Shown here one piece after another: positions 40,353 through 48,943 of a stretch of 64,000 bases of DNA. The notes beneath the pieces are model-generated. The model had not been told where the DNA came from. It saw nothing but the letters and a program-made list of their open reading frames with translations, and did no database searches. How positions within the stretch are numbered: position 1 is the stretch's first letter; every line of letters begins with the position of its first letter. The translations under genes and the position numbers were made by a program. Location of the stretch: assembly GCA_963822965.1 (NCBI GenBank), contig CAWGJT010000011.1:1-64000 (forward strand), read 5' to 3'. The DNA is from an uncultured delta proteobacterium (GTDB lineage: Bacteria > Myxococcota_A > UBA9160 > UBA4427).

Positions 40353-40387
40353 ATCCTACGGACGCAGAGCGTCATTTTCGGTCGTAC
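40353..40387 (-). promoter_or_regulatory. -10 TAGGAT plus CGAC-N7-GACG DriD-like box upstream of the HTH-PAS gene
   Basis: - strand reads GTACGAC-CGAAAAT-GACG, then 11 nt, then TAGGAT; no canonical -35. Confidence 0.45.
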
Positions 40388-40662
40388 AGATCCATGGAGA
40401 TGCCGATTTCGTGTACCGAAGTCCGAAAATTCATCTGTTTCACGCAGTTGCAGTGTACAAAAAATTCGGAGAATCGAATTCAGTTTCTGGATGGGCACGC
40501 GATCGGACGGGGATCCGAGGGGTACCAGCGGACCTGGCGGACGGTAAAAACACGGCGATTCAGTAGGGATTTGCGTGTCGCAGGCTGGTGTACGTTCGCC
40601 CCTTCTCGCTCGATCCGAGGCAACGTTCGGGTCTCCCCGAACTCCCAATCCGCGGCAGGAAT

Positions 40663-42303
40663 GTGACGGGTACGACGACACCGGACGGGATCGGGGCAGG
40701 GCGTTGGCGAATTCCGGCGGGCTTGTTCGGGCTCGCCCTCAGCGTGCGCGCGATCGCCGCCTGGCAGACCGCAGCCATCTTCAACGACGGCCCCCTGTAC
40801 CTGCAGGTGGCGAGCCTGTTTCGGCAGGGCGCGTTTCACGAGGCCCTGTCCCACCACTACCACCCGCTGTACCCGATGGCGACGGCGCTCTTGTCGACGC
40901 TCACGGGCGACCTCGAGACGGCCGGCGTCTGGGTTTCGGTGCTGTCGGGCTCGGCGGCGGTCGTGGCCGGCTATTTCTTCTGGTGTCGATCGTTCGGCAG
41001 GGAGCCGGCGTGGATCGCCGGCGTGCTGTTCGCGCTCCACCCCTATGCGGTCATCTTCTCCTCCGACGTGCAGAGCGAGGGGCTGTACTTCGCGCTCTTC
41101 CTGTCGGCCGTGGCCGCGCTGTGGCGCGGGATCGAGGAGGCTTCGATCGGTCGTTCGGTCGTCGCCGGCGTGCTTGCGGGGCTGGCGTATCTCGTCAGGC
41201 CGGAAGGGATCGGTCTCGTGGCGGTGGGGGCGGGGTTCGCCGCGCTCCTCCTCTTCCGCGGGCGACTCCCGGTGGCGGGCTTTGCACGCGTCGCGGTCCC
41301 GCTGGCGCTGGGCGCTGCGGTCGTCGCCGGGCCCTACGTGGTGAACCTTCACGCGCTTACCGGGGAGTGGCGTCTCACCCAGAAGAAGTCGATCGTCGAC
41401 CTCGCGCGCCCCCGAGAGCCCGCCGCGGCGCCCGCCCCGGACGGGCTGGACCGGCCGCGGTGGCGGCCACCGCCCATGGTGCGTCCGGCGCCACGCGAGG
41501 CCGCACTGATTCCGGCGAGAATCGACTTCGAGCCCCGATCGCTGTCTGCAGGGCTCGAGCTCGCGCGCATGTCCCTCGGCACCCTGTGGCCGGCCCTCGC
41601 CCTGCTCGTGCTGGTGGGGATCCGCTCCGCGGGCGACCGCCCCGGCGACCGTGGTCTCTTCCTGCTCGTGATGCTCGGCGTCTACGGCGTGGTGCTGTAC
41701 GGGCTCGCGCTCAACGTCGGCTATCTGAACCGGCGCCACGTGTTGGCACCGCTCCTGCCCCTCCTGGGCTACGGCGGGCTCGGGGCTCCGATCGTGGGGC
41801 GGTGGCTGTGGCGGGCGCTGCGCCCGCGCATGGACACGCGCGATTCGCGTCCGGCGATCGGGCTCGCGTTGGGGCTCGTCGCCCTGCTCACTCTCCCCAA
41901 GAGCCTGGAGCCCCAGCGGCGGGAGCGGCTCGCGAATCGCCGGGCGGCGGAGTGGCTGGCGTCGCACGAAGATCTGCAGGGACCGGTGTCCGCCGAGAAG
42001 TACCGCACGGCCTACTACGCGGGGGAGGCCTTCGTCTCCCTCTCGCGTGCCGGCGCGGAGGCCGACCTGGAGCGGCTGCGTCGTTCGGGGGCGGACTTCC
42101 TGATCGTCGACGACGTGCAGCTGCGGGAACGACCGGCCCTGTCCGCGCGCCGGGCGAAGCTGATCGAGCTGTACCGGGTGGAGGCCGCGGGTCGAACCGC
42201 CTACGTCTTCGATTTGCGCGCGCTCCCGAATGCGCCCCCCGGAGGCACCCTTCCGGACGCGGCCGGCCGCGATTCGGTCAGGCCTCCCGCAGGCGTTCCA
42301 TGA
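40663..42303 (+). CDS. GT-C membrane glycosyltransferase (ArnT/PMT_2, GT39/GT83-like)
   Basis: FNDGPLY, HPLYP, VQSEGLY, LAYLVRPEG, RRHVL; multiple TMs; start approximate. Confidence 0.75.
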   Translation: MTGTTTPDGIGAGRWRIPAGLFGLALSVRAIAAWQTAAIFNDGPLYLQVASLFRQGAFHEALSHHYHPLYPMATALLSTLTGDLETAGVWVSVLSGSAAVVAGYFFWCRSFGREPAWIAGVLFALHPYAVIFSSDVQSEGLYFALFLSAVAALWRGIEEASIGRSVVAGVLAGLAYLVRPEGIGLVAVGAGFAALLLFRGRLPVAGFARVAVPLALGAAVVAGPYVVNLHALTGEWRLTQKKSIVDLARPREPAAAPAPDGLDRPRWRPPPMVRPAPREAALIPARIDFEPRSLSAGLELARMSLGTLWPALALLVLVGIRSAGDRPGDRGLFLLVMLGVYGVVLYGLALNVGYLNRRHVLAPLLPLLGYGGLGAPIVGRWLWRALRPRMDTRDSRPAIGLALGLVALLTLPKSLEPQRRERLANRRAAEWLASHEDLQGPVSAEKYRTAYYAGEAFVSLSRAGAEADLERLRRSGADFLIVDDVQLRERPALSARRAKLIELYRVEAAGRTAYVFDLRALPNAPPGGTLPDAAGRDSVRPPAGVP

Positions 42304-43078
42304 GCTGGTCGTGCAGCGGGCCGTTGCTCGCGACGATCGAGACGGGGTCGACCGCGGGCGGGCCTCCGTCCGGCGCGGTCACCCGTCCGCCCGCCTCCTC
42401 GACGAGCAGGATTCCGGCCGCGACGTCCCACGGACGCAGCTTGAGCTCCCAGTACGCGTCGAAGCGGCCGGCCGCCACGTAGCAGAGGTCGAGGGCCGCG
42501 CTGCCGTCGCGGCGAATCCCCTGGGCCACCTCGAGCATGCGCGCGAAGCAGGCGGCGTTCTCGCCGCTGCGGTGGACGTCATAGGCGAAACCCGTGGCGA
42601 GCAGGGCCTCGCCCAGGTCCGCTCGTGCGGACACCGCGAGGCGTTGCGTACCCCGCCAGGCGCCCCCTCCGCGAACCGCATGGTAGAGGTCGTCTCGCAA
42701 CGGGTCGTACACGACGCCCACCTCGCGCCGTCCGTTGCGCTCGACGCCCACCGAGACGCAGAAGCAGGGATAGCCATGGGCGTAGTTGGTGGTGCCGTCG
42801 AGGGGATCGATCACCCAGCGCCACTCGCAGCCCGCCACCTCGCGACCGTGACCCTCCTCCGCGAGGATCCCGTCGCCAGGGCGCTCCCGTTCGAGCGTCG
42901 CCACCATCGCCTGCTCGCAGGCGTGGTCGACCTCGGTGACGAGATCGATGCTCGAGCTCTTGGTGGCGACCGAAACCCCGGTTTCGAAGCGCTCGCGCTG
43001 GATGGCGCCGGCCTGCCGCGCGATCTGCTGGGCGAGCCGCAGGACCCGGGCGACCTCGGGATCGGCCGCCACCCTCAC
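42278..43078 (-). CDS. suhB: Inositol monophosphatase
   Basis: DLVTEVD, WVIDPLDGTTNY, GSAALDLCYVAAG, WDVAAG. Confidence 0.93.
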   Translation of the reverse strand: MRVAADPEVARVLRLAQQIARQAGAIQRERFETGVSVATKSSSIDLVTEVDHACEQAMVATLERERPGDGILAEEGHGREVAGCEWRWVIDPLDGTTNYAHGYPCFCVSVGVERNGRREVGVVYDPLRDDLYHAVRGGGAWRGTQRLAVSARADLGEALLATGFAYDVHRSGENAACFARMLEVAQGIRRDGSAALDLCYVAAGRFDAYWELKLRPWDVAAGILLVEEAGGRVTAPDGGPPAVDPVSIVASNGPLHDQLMERLREA

Positions 43079-43887
43079 GCCGGTGCGCCCGGGCCGGCGG
43101 ACGCCGGCAGGCGGTAGAAGCGGCGGGCGTTCTCGGTGGTCTGCCGCGCGATCTCCGGGACCGGACGCCCGCGCAGGTCGGCGAGGACCTCACCGACCCG
43201 GACGACCCAGGCGGGCTCGTTGCGCCTTCCCCGATGGCCCTCCGGCGCGAGAAAGGGGGCATCGGTCTCGATGAGAACACGGTCGGCGGGGAGCGACGCC
43301 GCCACCTCGCGCAGCTCGTCCGCCTTCTTGAAGGTGAGGATGCCCGAGAACGAGACGTCGAGACGATGGTCCAGGGCGCGGTGCGCGAAGTCCCGACTTC
43401 CCGTGTAGCAGTGGAGCACGCCCGATACGTCGCCGCGCCCTTCGGCGATCCAGATGTCCAGCAGCTCGTCGTAGGCCTCCGGGCCGTCGCCGCGGACGTG
43501 GATCGAGGCCGGCAGGTCGAGCTCTCGGGCCAGGGCCACCTGCTCGGCGAAGACGGCTCGCTGGATCTCCCGGGGCGAGTTCATGTAGTGGTAGTCGAGA
43601 CCGCACTCGCCCACCGCCACCACCTTCGGCTCGCCCAGCCAGGCGCGCAGCTTCGCCCGCCCCGGGTCGTCCAGCTGGTCGGCATCGTGCGGGTGCACGC
43701 CGGCGGTGGCGAAGACGTCGGGATGGGCGCGCGCGAGGGCCACCGCGTCGCGAGATCCCTCCACGCCGTAGCCGGAGCCGATGCACACCAGCGCCTCGAC
43801 ACCCGCGTCTCGGGCGCGCGCGAGCACGGCGTCCCGGTCCTCGTCGAAGCGGTCGGCGGTGACGTGGCAGTGGCTGTCGAGCCACAT
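43075..43887 (-). CDS. tatD: TatD family DNase
   Basis: DSHCH, GVHPH, GECGLDY, HCYTG, ETDAPFLAP, RNEP. Confidence 0.95.
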   Translation of the reverse strand: MWLDSHCHVTADRFDEDRDAVLARARDAGVEALVCIGSGYGVEGSRDAVALARAHPDVFATAGVHPHDADQLDDPGRAKLRAWLGEPKVVAVGECGLDYHYMNSPREIQRAVFAEQVALARELDLPASIHVRGDGPEAYDELLDIWIAEGRGDVSGVLHCYTGSRDFAHRALDHRLDVSFSGILTFKKADELREVAASLPADRVLIETDAPFLAPEGHRGRRNEPAWVVRVGEVLADLRGRPVPEIARQTTENARRFYRLPASAGPGAPA

Positions 43888-43907
43888 CGATCGACCCCCG
43901 GAATGCA

Positions 43908-45464
43908 CTAGTCGTCCGCCTCCGGCGGCTCGATCCGCGGGAAGAGCGGCGCGCCCCGGGTGGTCGCCGCACCCACCGGGATCGTGCCCCAGGCCGCATC
44001 CGCGGGCAGGCGCGCCGACGCCAGCGCGTCCGGCAGGCCGAGTCGACGCAGGATCTCTCCGGCGGCGTCCGGCACGAACGGCGCCAGCAGCAACGCCAGG
44101 ATCCGCAGCGACTCGCAGCAGGTGTGCAGCGTCGTGGGGACGCTCGCTTCCCGTTGCGGGTCCTTGGCGGCCTTCCAGGGCTCGCGCTTCTCCAGGTACT
44201 GGTTGGTGGCGTCCACGGCCTTGAAGATGGCCTCGAGCGCCCGGTGGATCTCCAGGGCCTCGACGTGGCGGTCCACCGCGCGAACGGCCTCGGCGCAGGC
44301 GTCGCGCACCGATTGCTCGAGCTCGCCGGGCGCGCCGGGGGCCGGCACGCATCCGCCCGCGAAGCGGTCGGTCATGTTGAGCGTGCGGCTCACGAGATTG
44401 CCGAGGTTGTTGGCAAGGTCCGCATTGACGCGGGCGACGAGCGCCTCCTCGCTGAAGCTGGCGTCCACCCCGAAGCTCATGCCCCGCAGCAGGAAGTAGC
44501 GGAACGCCTCGAAGCCGTACTTCTCTCGCATGATGAGGGGCGAGATCATGTTGCCCAGGCTCTTCGAGACCTTGCGGTCGTCGACGTTCCAGTAGCCGTG
44601 GACGTTCAGGTGGCGCACCGGCTCGAGGCCGATCGCGCGCAGCATCGTCGGCCAGAAGATCGCGTGCGGCTTCAGGATGTCCTTTGCGACCAGGTGCTGG
44701 CTTGCCGCCCAGAAGTGCGGGAACTCCTCCCCGTCGGGATAGCCGATCGCCGTCAGGTAGTTGATCAGCGCGTCGAACCAGACGTAGCAGACGTAGTTCC
44801 GGTCGAAGGGCAGCTCGATGCCCCAGTCGAGTCGGGTCTTCGGACGCGAGATGCAGAGGTCGCCGAGCCCGCTCTCTTCCTTCAGCATGGAGAGCACTTC
44901 GTTGCGATAGCGCTCGGGCCGGATGAAGTCCGGATGCCCGGCGATGTAGCCCGCGAGCCACTCGAAGTGCTCGGTCATCTTGAAGAAGTAGTTGCCCTCG
45001 GCGCGGTGCTCCGGCGGGCGCTCGTGGTCGCGACACAGTCCGTCGACCAGGTCGCGGTCGGTCAGGAAGCGTTCGCACCCGACGCAGTAGTCGCCCTCGT
45101 ACTCGCGGAACTCGATGTGCCCGGCATCCCAGACCTTCTGCAGGATCGCCTTCACCACCGCCTGGTGGTCCCGGTCGGTGGTGCGGATGAAGCGGTCGTA
45201 GGAGATGCCGAGGGTCTCCCAGGCCTCGCGGAAGCGGGTCGAGAAGTACTCGGCGGTGACGGCGGGCGTCTCGCCCCGGGCCTTCGCCACCTCGAGCACC
45301 TTCTCGCCGTGCTCGTCGCTGCCCGTCAGGAAGAAGGTCCGGCAGCCGCGCAGCCGGTGATGGCGCGCCAGGCTGTCGGCGAGCACGGTCGTGTACGTGT
45401 GGCCGATGTGGGGCTCGGCGTTCACGTAGTAGATCGGCGTGGTGATGTAGTAGTAGGCGGTCAT
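43908..45464 (-). CDS. metG: Methionine--tRNA ligase (short form)
   Basis: TTPIYYVNAEPHIGH, YVWFDAL, KVSKSLGN. Confidence 0.97.
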   Translation of the reverse strand: MTAYYYITTPIYYVNAEPHIGHTYTTVLADSLARHHRLRGCRTFFLTGSDEHGEKVLEVAKARGETPAVTAEYFSTRFREAWETLGISYDRFIRTTDRDHQAVVKAILQKVWDAGHIEFREYEGDYCVGCERFLTDRDLVDGLCRDHERPPEHRAEGNYFFKMTEHFEWLAGYIAGHPDFIRPERYRNEVLSMLKEESGLGDLCISRPKTRLDWGIELPFDRNYVCYVWFDALINYLTAIGYPDGEEFPHFWAASQHLVAKDILKPHAIFWPTMLRAIGLEPVRHLNVHGYWNVDDRKVSKSLGNMISPLIMREKYGFEAFRYFLLRGMSFGVDASFSEEALVARVNADLANNLGNLVSRTLNMTDRFAGGCVPAPGAPGELEQSVRDACAEAVRAVDRHVEALEIHRALEAIFKAVDATNQYLEKREPWKAAKDPQREASVPTTLHTCCESLRILALLLAPFVPDAAGEILRRLGLPDALASARLPADAAWGTIPVGAATTRGAPLFPRIEPPEADD

Positions 45465-45494
45465 GCTTCCTTCCGCGCCGTCCGACGGCTCGGC

Positions 45495-46439
45495 TCAGGG
45501 GGTGGCGGCGTTGCGAACGGCGAGCAGGGCGCGCTCGGCGACCATCTGGGGATTGGCGTTTCGCTGGGCCAGATCCTTGCGACAGGCCGAGAGGGTGCGG
45601 AAGGCGTCGAGCTCGCGATCGACGGGGCGCGCTTCGTCGCCGGAGACCGTGGCGCCGACGCGTTCCCGGAGCCACTCGGACCCCACGGCGAGCAGCGCCT
45701 GCACCCGGGCGGCCGCCACCGCACGAGCGCCCCGGTACTCCTCGGCCCAGTCGAGCAGGGCCGGGACGTCGTAGGCGTGGATCTCGTCGAGGCGCCGGGC
45801 GAGGTCGCGGGTCTCGTCGTCGGCGTCCTCTCCGCGCAGGCTCGGTCGGCCGGTGTGCGGGAAGAACGCGCGCTGGCAACGCGAGCGGATCGTGGCCAGC
45901 AGGCCCGCCGGGCTGCTGGTGACGAGCACCAGGCAGGTCCTGTCCGGAGGCTCCTCCAGCAGGTGCAGCAGCGCGTTCTGCGCCTCGAGGTTCAGCCACT
46001 CGGCGTCCGCGATGACCGCCGCACGCCAGCCGCCCTCGTTCGGGGCGAGCCGCAGGGCGCCCTGGAGGGCGCGGACCTGCGTGATCCGCACGCGCGTGCC
46101 GTCCTCGCCGCGGTCGACCCAGTAGAGGTCCGGGTGATCGCCGATGTGCCGGTAGAGCGGCCCGCGCTTGCCGGTGCCGTCGATCACGATCTCGTCCCCG
46201 CTCTCGCGCTTCGCGCCGGAGAGCGCGCAGTCGCGACAGGCTTCGCACGGCCGGGGAGCCTCGCCCTGGCAGACGACCCCCCGCGCGAAGTCGAGGGCTG
46301 CCCGGGCGGGCGCGTCGCCGGCTCCGGCGAGCAGGAAGGACGAGTGCAGCCGCCCGCTCTCGAGGGCGCGACGGAGCAGGACACCCCCCTCCGGGGGTTC
46401 GCCGGCCGTTGCCGGCCCGGTGGTCGTTCGCGTGGACAT
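45495..46439 (-). CDS. holB: DNA polymerase III delta' subunit
   Basis: PCEACRDC zinc motif, HPD, AQNALLHLLEEPP, TIRSRC; upstream of metG-tatD. Confidence 0.88.
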   Translation of the reverse strand: MSTRTTTGPATAGEPPEGGVLLRRALESGRLHSSFLLAGAGDAPARAALDFARGVVCQGEAPRPCEACRDCALSGAKRESGDEIVIDGTGKRGPLYRHIGDHPDLYWVDRGEDGTRVRITQVRALQGALRLAPNEGGWRAAVIADAEWLNLEAQNALLHLLEEPPDRTCLVLVTSSPAGLLATIRSRCQRAFFPHTGRPSLRGEDADDETRDLARRLDEIHAYDVPALLDWAEEYRGARAVAAARVQALLAVGSEWLRERVGATVSGDEARPVDRELDAFRTLSACRKDLAQRNANPQMVAERALLAVRNAATP

Positions 46440-46756
46440 GCGCGGGGACCGTAGCAGCCCGCGCAAGCGCGCCGCAGGCCGCGCTGCCGGCCCGTGACGG
46501 CGCAGAAAGTCCTGCAACCGCGCAGTTTTCCGGTTGTTCTCAAGTCGCGAGCGGCCGCCGCCGAAGGAGTCTGTGCGCGGCCCGGACCGGGCCCGCAGAC
46601 GAGAGGGAGATCGAATCCGCGCCTTCCCCGGGCGGCCCGGGAAGAAAAGAGGACGCGGATCACCAGGCGCCGCAGCGGCCCGCCCGAGGAGTGAGGGGGG
46701 CCCGCGAGCCAACGCAAACACACAACCGACCAGGACGGTTCGAAGGGAGTGAAGGG

Positions 46757-47254
46757 ATGGCGATCAGCAGCTTCGGTCGAGGCAAGGGTGGAGACGATGT
46801 CATGGGCGGTGCTCCCGTGGCGACGAGCTCGGCGGGGGCGAACCTGACGGCCTTCATCGACCAGGGCTCCGAGTTCGAGGGCAAGCTCACCTTCAAGGAC
46901 ACGGTTCGCATCGACGGCACCTTCCACGGCGAGATCAGCAGCGAGAACACGCTGATCGTCGGCGAGACGGGCACCATCGAGGCGACCATCCGATCGAATA
47001 CCGTGGTGGTGAGCGGCTCGGTCGTGGGCAACATCGTGGCCGGACGCCAGATCGTTCTCCACAAGAGCGCCAGCGTGAAGGGCGACATGAGCGCGCCTTC
47101 CCTGGTGATCGAGGAGGGCGCGATCTACAACGGTCAGCTCACCATGGGGCGCACCGACGCGAAGGGCGGCTCCGGCTCCGCTCCGCTCAAGTCCATCGTG
47201 GGCGGCGGACAGGGCGGCGGGCAGGGCGGCGATTCCCAGGCGGAGAAGCAGTAG
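46757..47254 (+). CDS. Bactofilin (polymer-forming cytoskeletal protein)
   Basis: IDQGSEFEGKL, VRIDG.F.GEI, VKGDMSAPSLVIEEGA.YNG. Confidence 0.92.
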   Translation: MAISSFGRGKGGDDVMGGAPVATSSAGANLTAFIDQGSEFEGKLTFKDTVRIDGTFHGEISSENTLIVGETGTIEATIRSNTVVVSGSVVGNIVAGRQIVLHKSASVKGDMSAPSLVIEEGAIYNGQLTMGRTDAKGGSGSAPLKSIVGGGQGGGQGGDSQAEKQ

Positions 47255-47275
47255 ACCGGCACACGGACTGGAAGC

Positions 47276-47313
47276 GAACGCCTCCCGCCTGCGGCGGGGG
47301 GCGTTCTGCGTTT
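47276..47313 (+). terminator. Intrinsic terminator-like hairpin after bactofilin
   Basis: GAACGCCTCCCGCC-TGC-GGCGGGGGGCGTTC stem between convergent genes. Confidence 0.6.
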
Positions 47314-47362
47314 CGGGACCGACGCGCCGGAGCGACGCGCGATCGGTCGCGGCGGCGCCCGG

Positions 47363-47626
47363 CTACACCACGACGAGCGCGCTCACGCCGGGGACGGCCT
47401 GGCGGAGGGGCTCCTCGAGGCCCACGTGCAGGGTGGCGAACTGGGCCGGGCAGGTGGCGCACTGGCCCTGCAGGGTGACGCGGACGGTCCCGTCTTCGTC
47501 GACGGCCACCAGCTCGACGTTGCCGCCATCGGCGATCAACGCCGGGCGGAGCTGGTCGATCACGGTCTCGACCGCGTCGAAGAGCGAGACGCCCGAATCG
47601 GGCGCTCCGAGGACGTTCTGGGGCAT
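47363..47626 (-). CDS. NifU/NfuA C-terminal domain protein
   Basis: LRPALIADGGNVELV, LQGQCATCP (CxxC). Confidence 0.88.
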   Translation of the reverse strand: MPQNVLGAPDSGVSLFDAVETVIDQLRPALIADGGNVELVAVDEDGTVRVTLQGQCATCPAQFATLHVGLEEPLRQAVPGVSALVVV

Positions 47627-47724
47627 GCAGGGGGGATCGGCACTCCGCCAGGCCGGATTGAGGGCGTCGTGGGTCTGGCCGCGGGTCTCGCTCGCTCCCC
47701 CGGCCCTGCTGTAGCCTCCAGGAC

Positions 47725-48396
47725 ATGCACGTGACCGTCAGGCTCTTCGGATCGTTGCGCGAGGCCGCCGGCGCCAAGGAGCTCGAGCTCGAGCTGGCCG
47801 AGGGCTGCCGGGTGAGCGACGTGCGGGAGCTGCTGGCGGAGCGGTTCCCCATCCTCGAGCGACTCGGCGAGCGAGTCGCGGTCTCGGTGAACCTCGAGCT
47901 GGCGGAGGCGACACAGGGCCTCCGGGACGGGGACGAGGTGGCGTTCCTGCCCCCGGTCGCCGGCGGTGCCACCGCCGCCGGCAAGGCCTGCACGATCTCC
48001 GACGGGCCCCTGGTGGAGAGCGAGGTGGTCGCCCGGGTCGCCGGGGCCGACGCCGGCGGGGTGGTCACCTTCGTGGGCAACGTGCGGGACCGCGCCCGCG
48101 GGCGGTCCATCGAGTACCTCGAGTACGAAGCCTACCCGGAGATGGCCGAGCGCGAGATGCAGAAGATCGCCGACGAGGCGGCCCTGCGGTGGCCGGGCGT
48201 GCGGGTGGCCATCGCACACCGCACCGGCCACCTCGAGATCGGCGAGGCGGCGGTGGTCATCGCGGCGGCGGCGCCCCATCGGGCCGAGGCCTTCGAGGCC
48301 TGCCGCTTCGCCATCGATACCTTGAAGCAGACGGTCCCCATCTGGAAGAAGGAGGTGGCGACCGACGGGGAGTACTGGGTGGACGATCACGCATGA
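47725..48396 (+). CDS. moaX: Fused molybdopterin synthase MoaD-MoaE (MoaX-like)
   Basis: MoaD ending DGDEVAFLPPVAGG fused to MoaE (YEAYPEMA, HRTG.L, PIWKKE). Confidence 0.92.
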   Translation: MHVTVRLFGSLREAAGAKELELELAEGCRVSDVRELLAERFPILERLGERVAVSVNLELAEATQGLRDGDEVAFLPPVAGGATAAGKACTISDGPLVESEVVARVAGADAGGVVTFVGNVRDRARGRSIEYLEYEAYPEMAEREMQKIADEAALRWPGVRVAIAHRTGHLEIGEAAVVIAAAAPHRAEAFEACRFAIDTLKQTVPIWKKEVATDGEYWVDDHA

Positions 48397-48923
48397 GCGA
48401 GCCGTCGCCGAAGCACGAGGCACACCACCATCGGCAGGACGCAGTCGGCAGTGTCCCGGTGGTGGTGGTGACAGTGAGCGATACCCGCACGCTGGAGACG
48501 GACACGGGTGGTGCGCTCGTCGTCGAGCTGCTCGAAGGGGCCGGTCACGTGGTCGTCGAGCGGACGCTCGTGCCCGACGATCCCGAGGCCATCGGCCAGG
48601 CCCTCGAACGGGCGCTCTCCCAGGCCGGCACCCGCGCCATCGTCTTCACCGGCGGGACCGGCGTCGCCCCCCGAGACGTCACGCCCGACGCGGTGGCGCC
48701 GCGGCTCGAGCGGGAGGTGCCGGGCTTCGGCGAGCTCTTCCGACAGCTCTCGTACGCGGACATCGGCTCGGCGGCGATCCTCTCCCGGGCGCTGGCAGGG
48801 ATCGCGGAAGGGCGGGTCGTCTTCGTGCTGCCCGGCTCGCGCGGCGCCGTTCGCCTGGCGATGGAGAAGCTGATCCTGCCCGAGATCGGGCACCTGGCCG
48901 CCGAGGCCGTCAAGACCCGCTAG
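48393..48923 (+). CDS. moaB: Molybdenum cofactor biosynthesis protein MoaB/MogA
   Basis: TVSDTR, TGGTGVAPRDVTP, PGFGELFR, LPGS. Confidence 0.92.
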   Translation: MSEPSPKHEAHHHRQDAVGSVPVVVVTVSDTRTLETDTGGALVVELLEGAGHVVVERTLVPDDPEAIGQALERALSQAGTRAIVFTGGTGVAPRDVTPDAVAPRLEREVPGFGELFRQLSYADIGSAAILSRALAGIAEGRVVFVLPGSRGAVRLAMEKLILPEIGHLAAEAVKTR

Positions 48924-48943
48924 GAAGGGACCGAAGAGCCTTC

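Noticed and set aside
21078..42303. Prophage or integrative island in the accessory region
   Set aside because: No integrase, transposase, phage genes, tRNA site or flanking direct repeats; composition mostly host-like
43075..46248. Apparent 1057-aa TatD fusion (likewise the 981-aa OppA ORF)
   Set aside because: N-terminal extensions are off-frame read-through of neighbouring genes; true starts are 43887 and 8141
45495..46439. Degenerate Walker A in holB
   Set aside because: Delta' is normally ATPase-inactive
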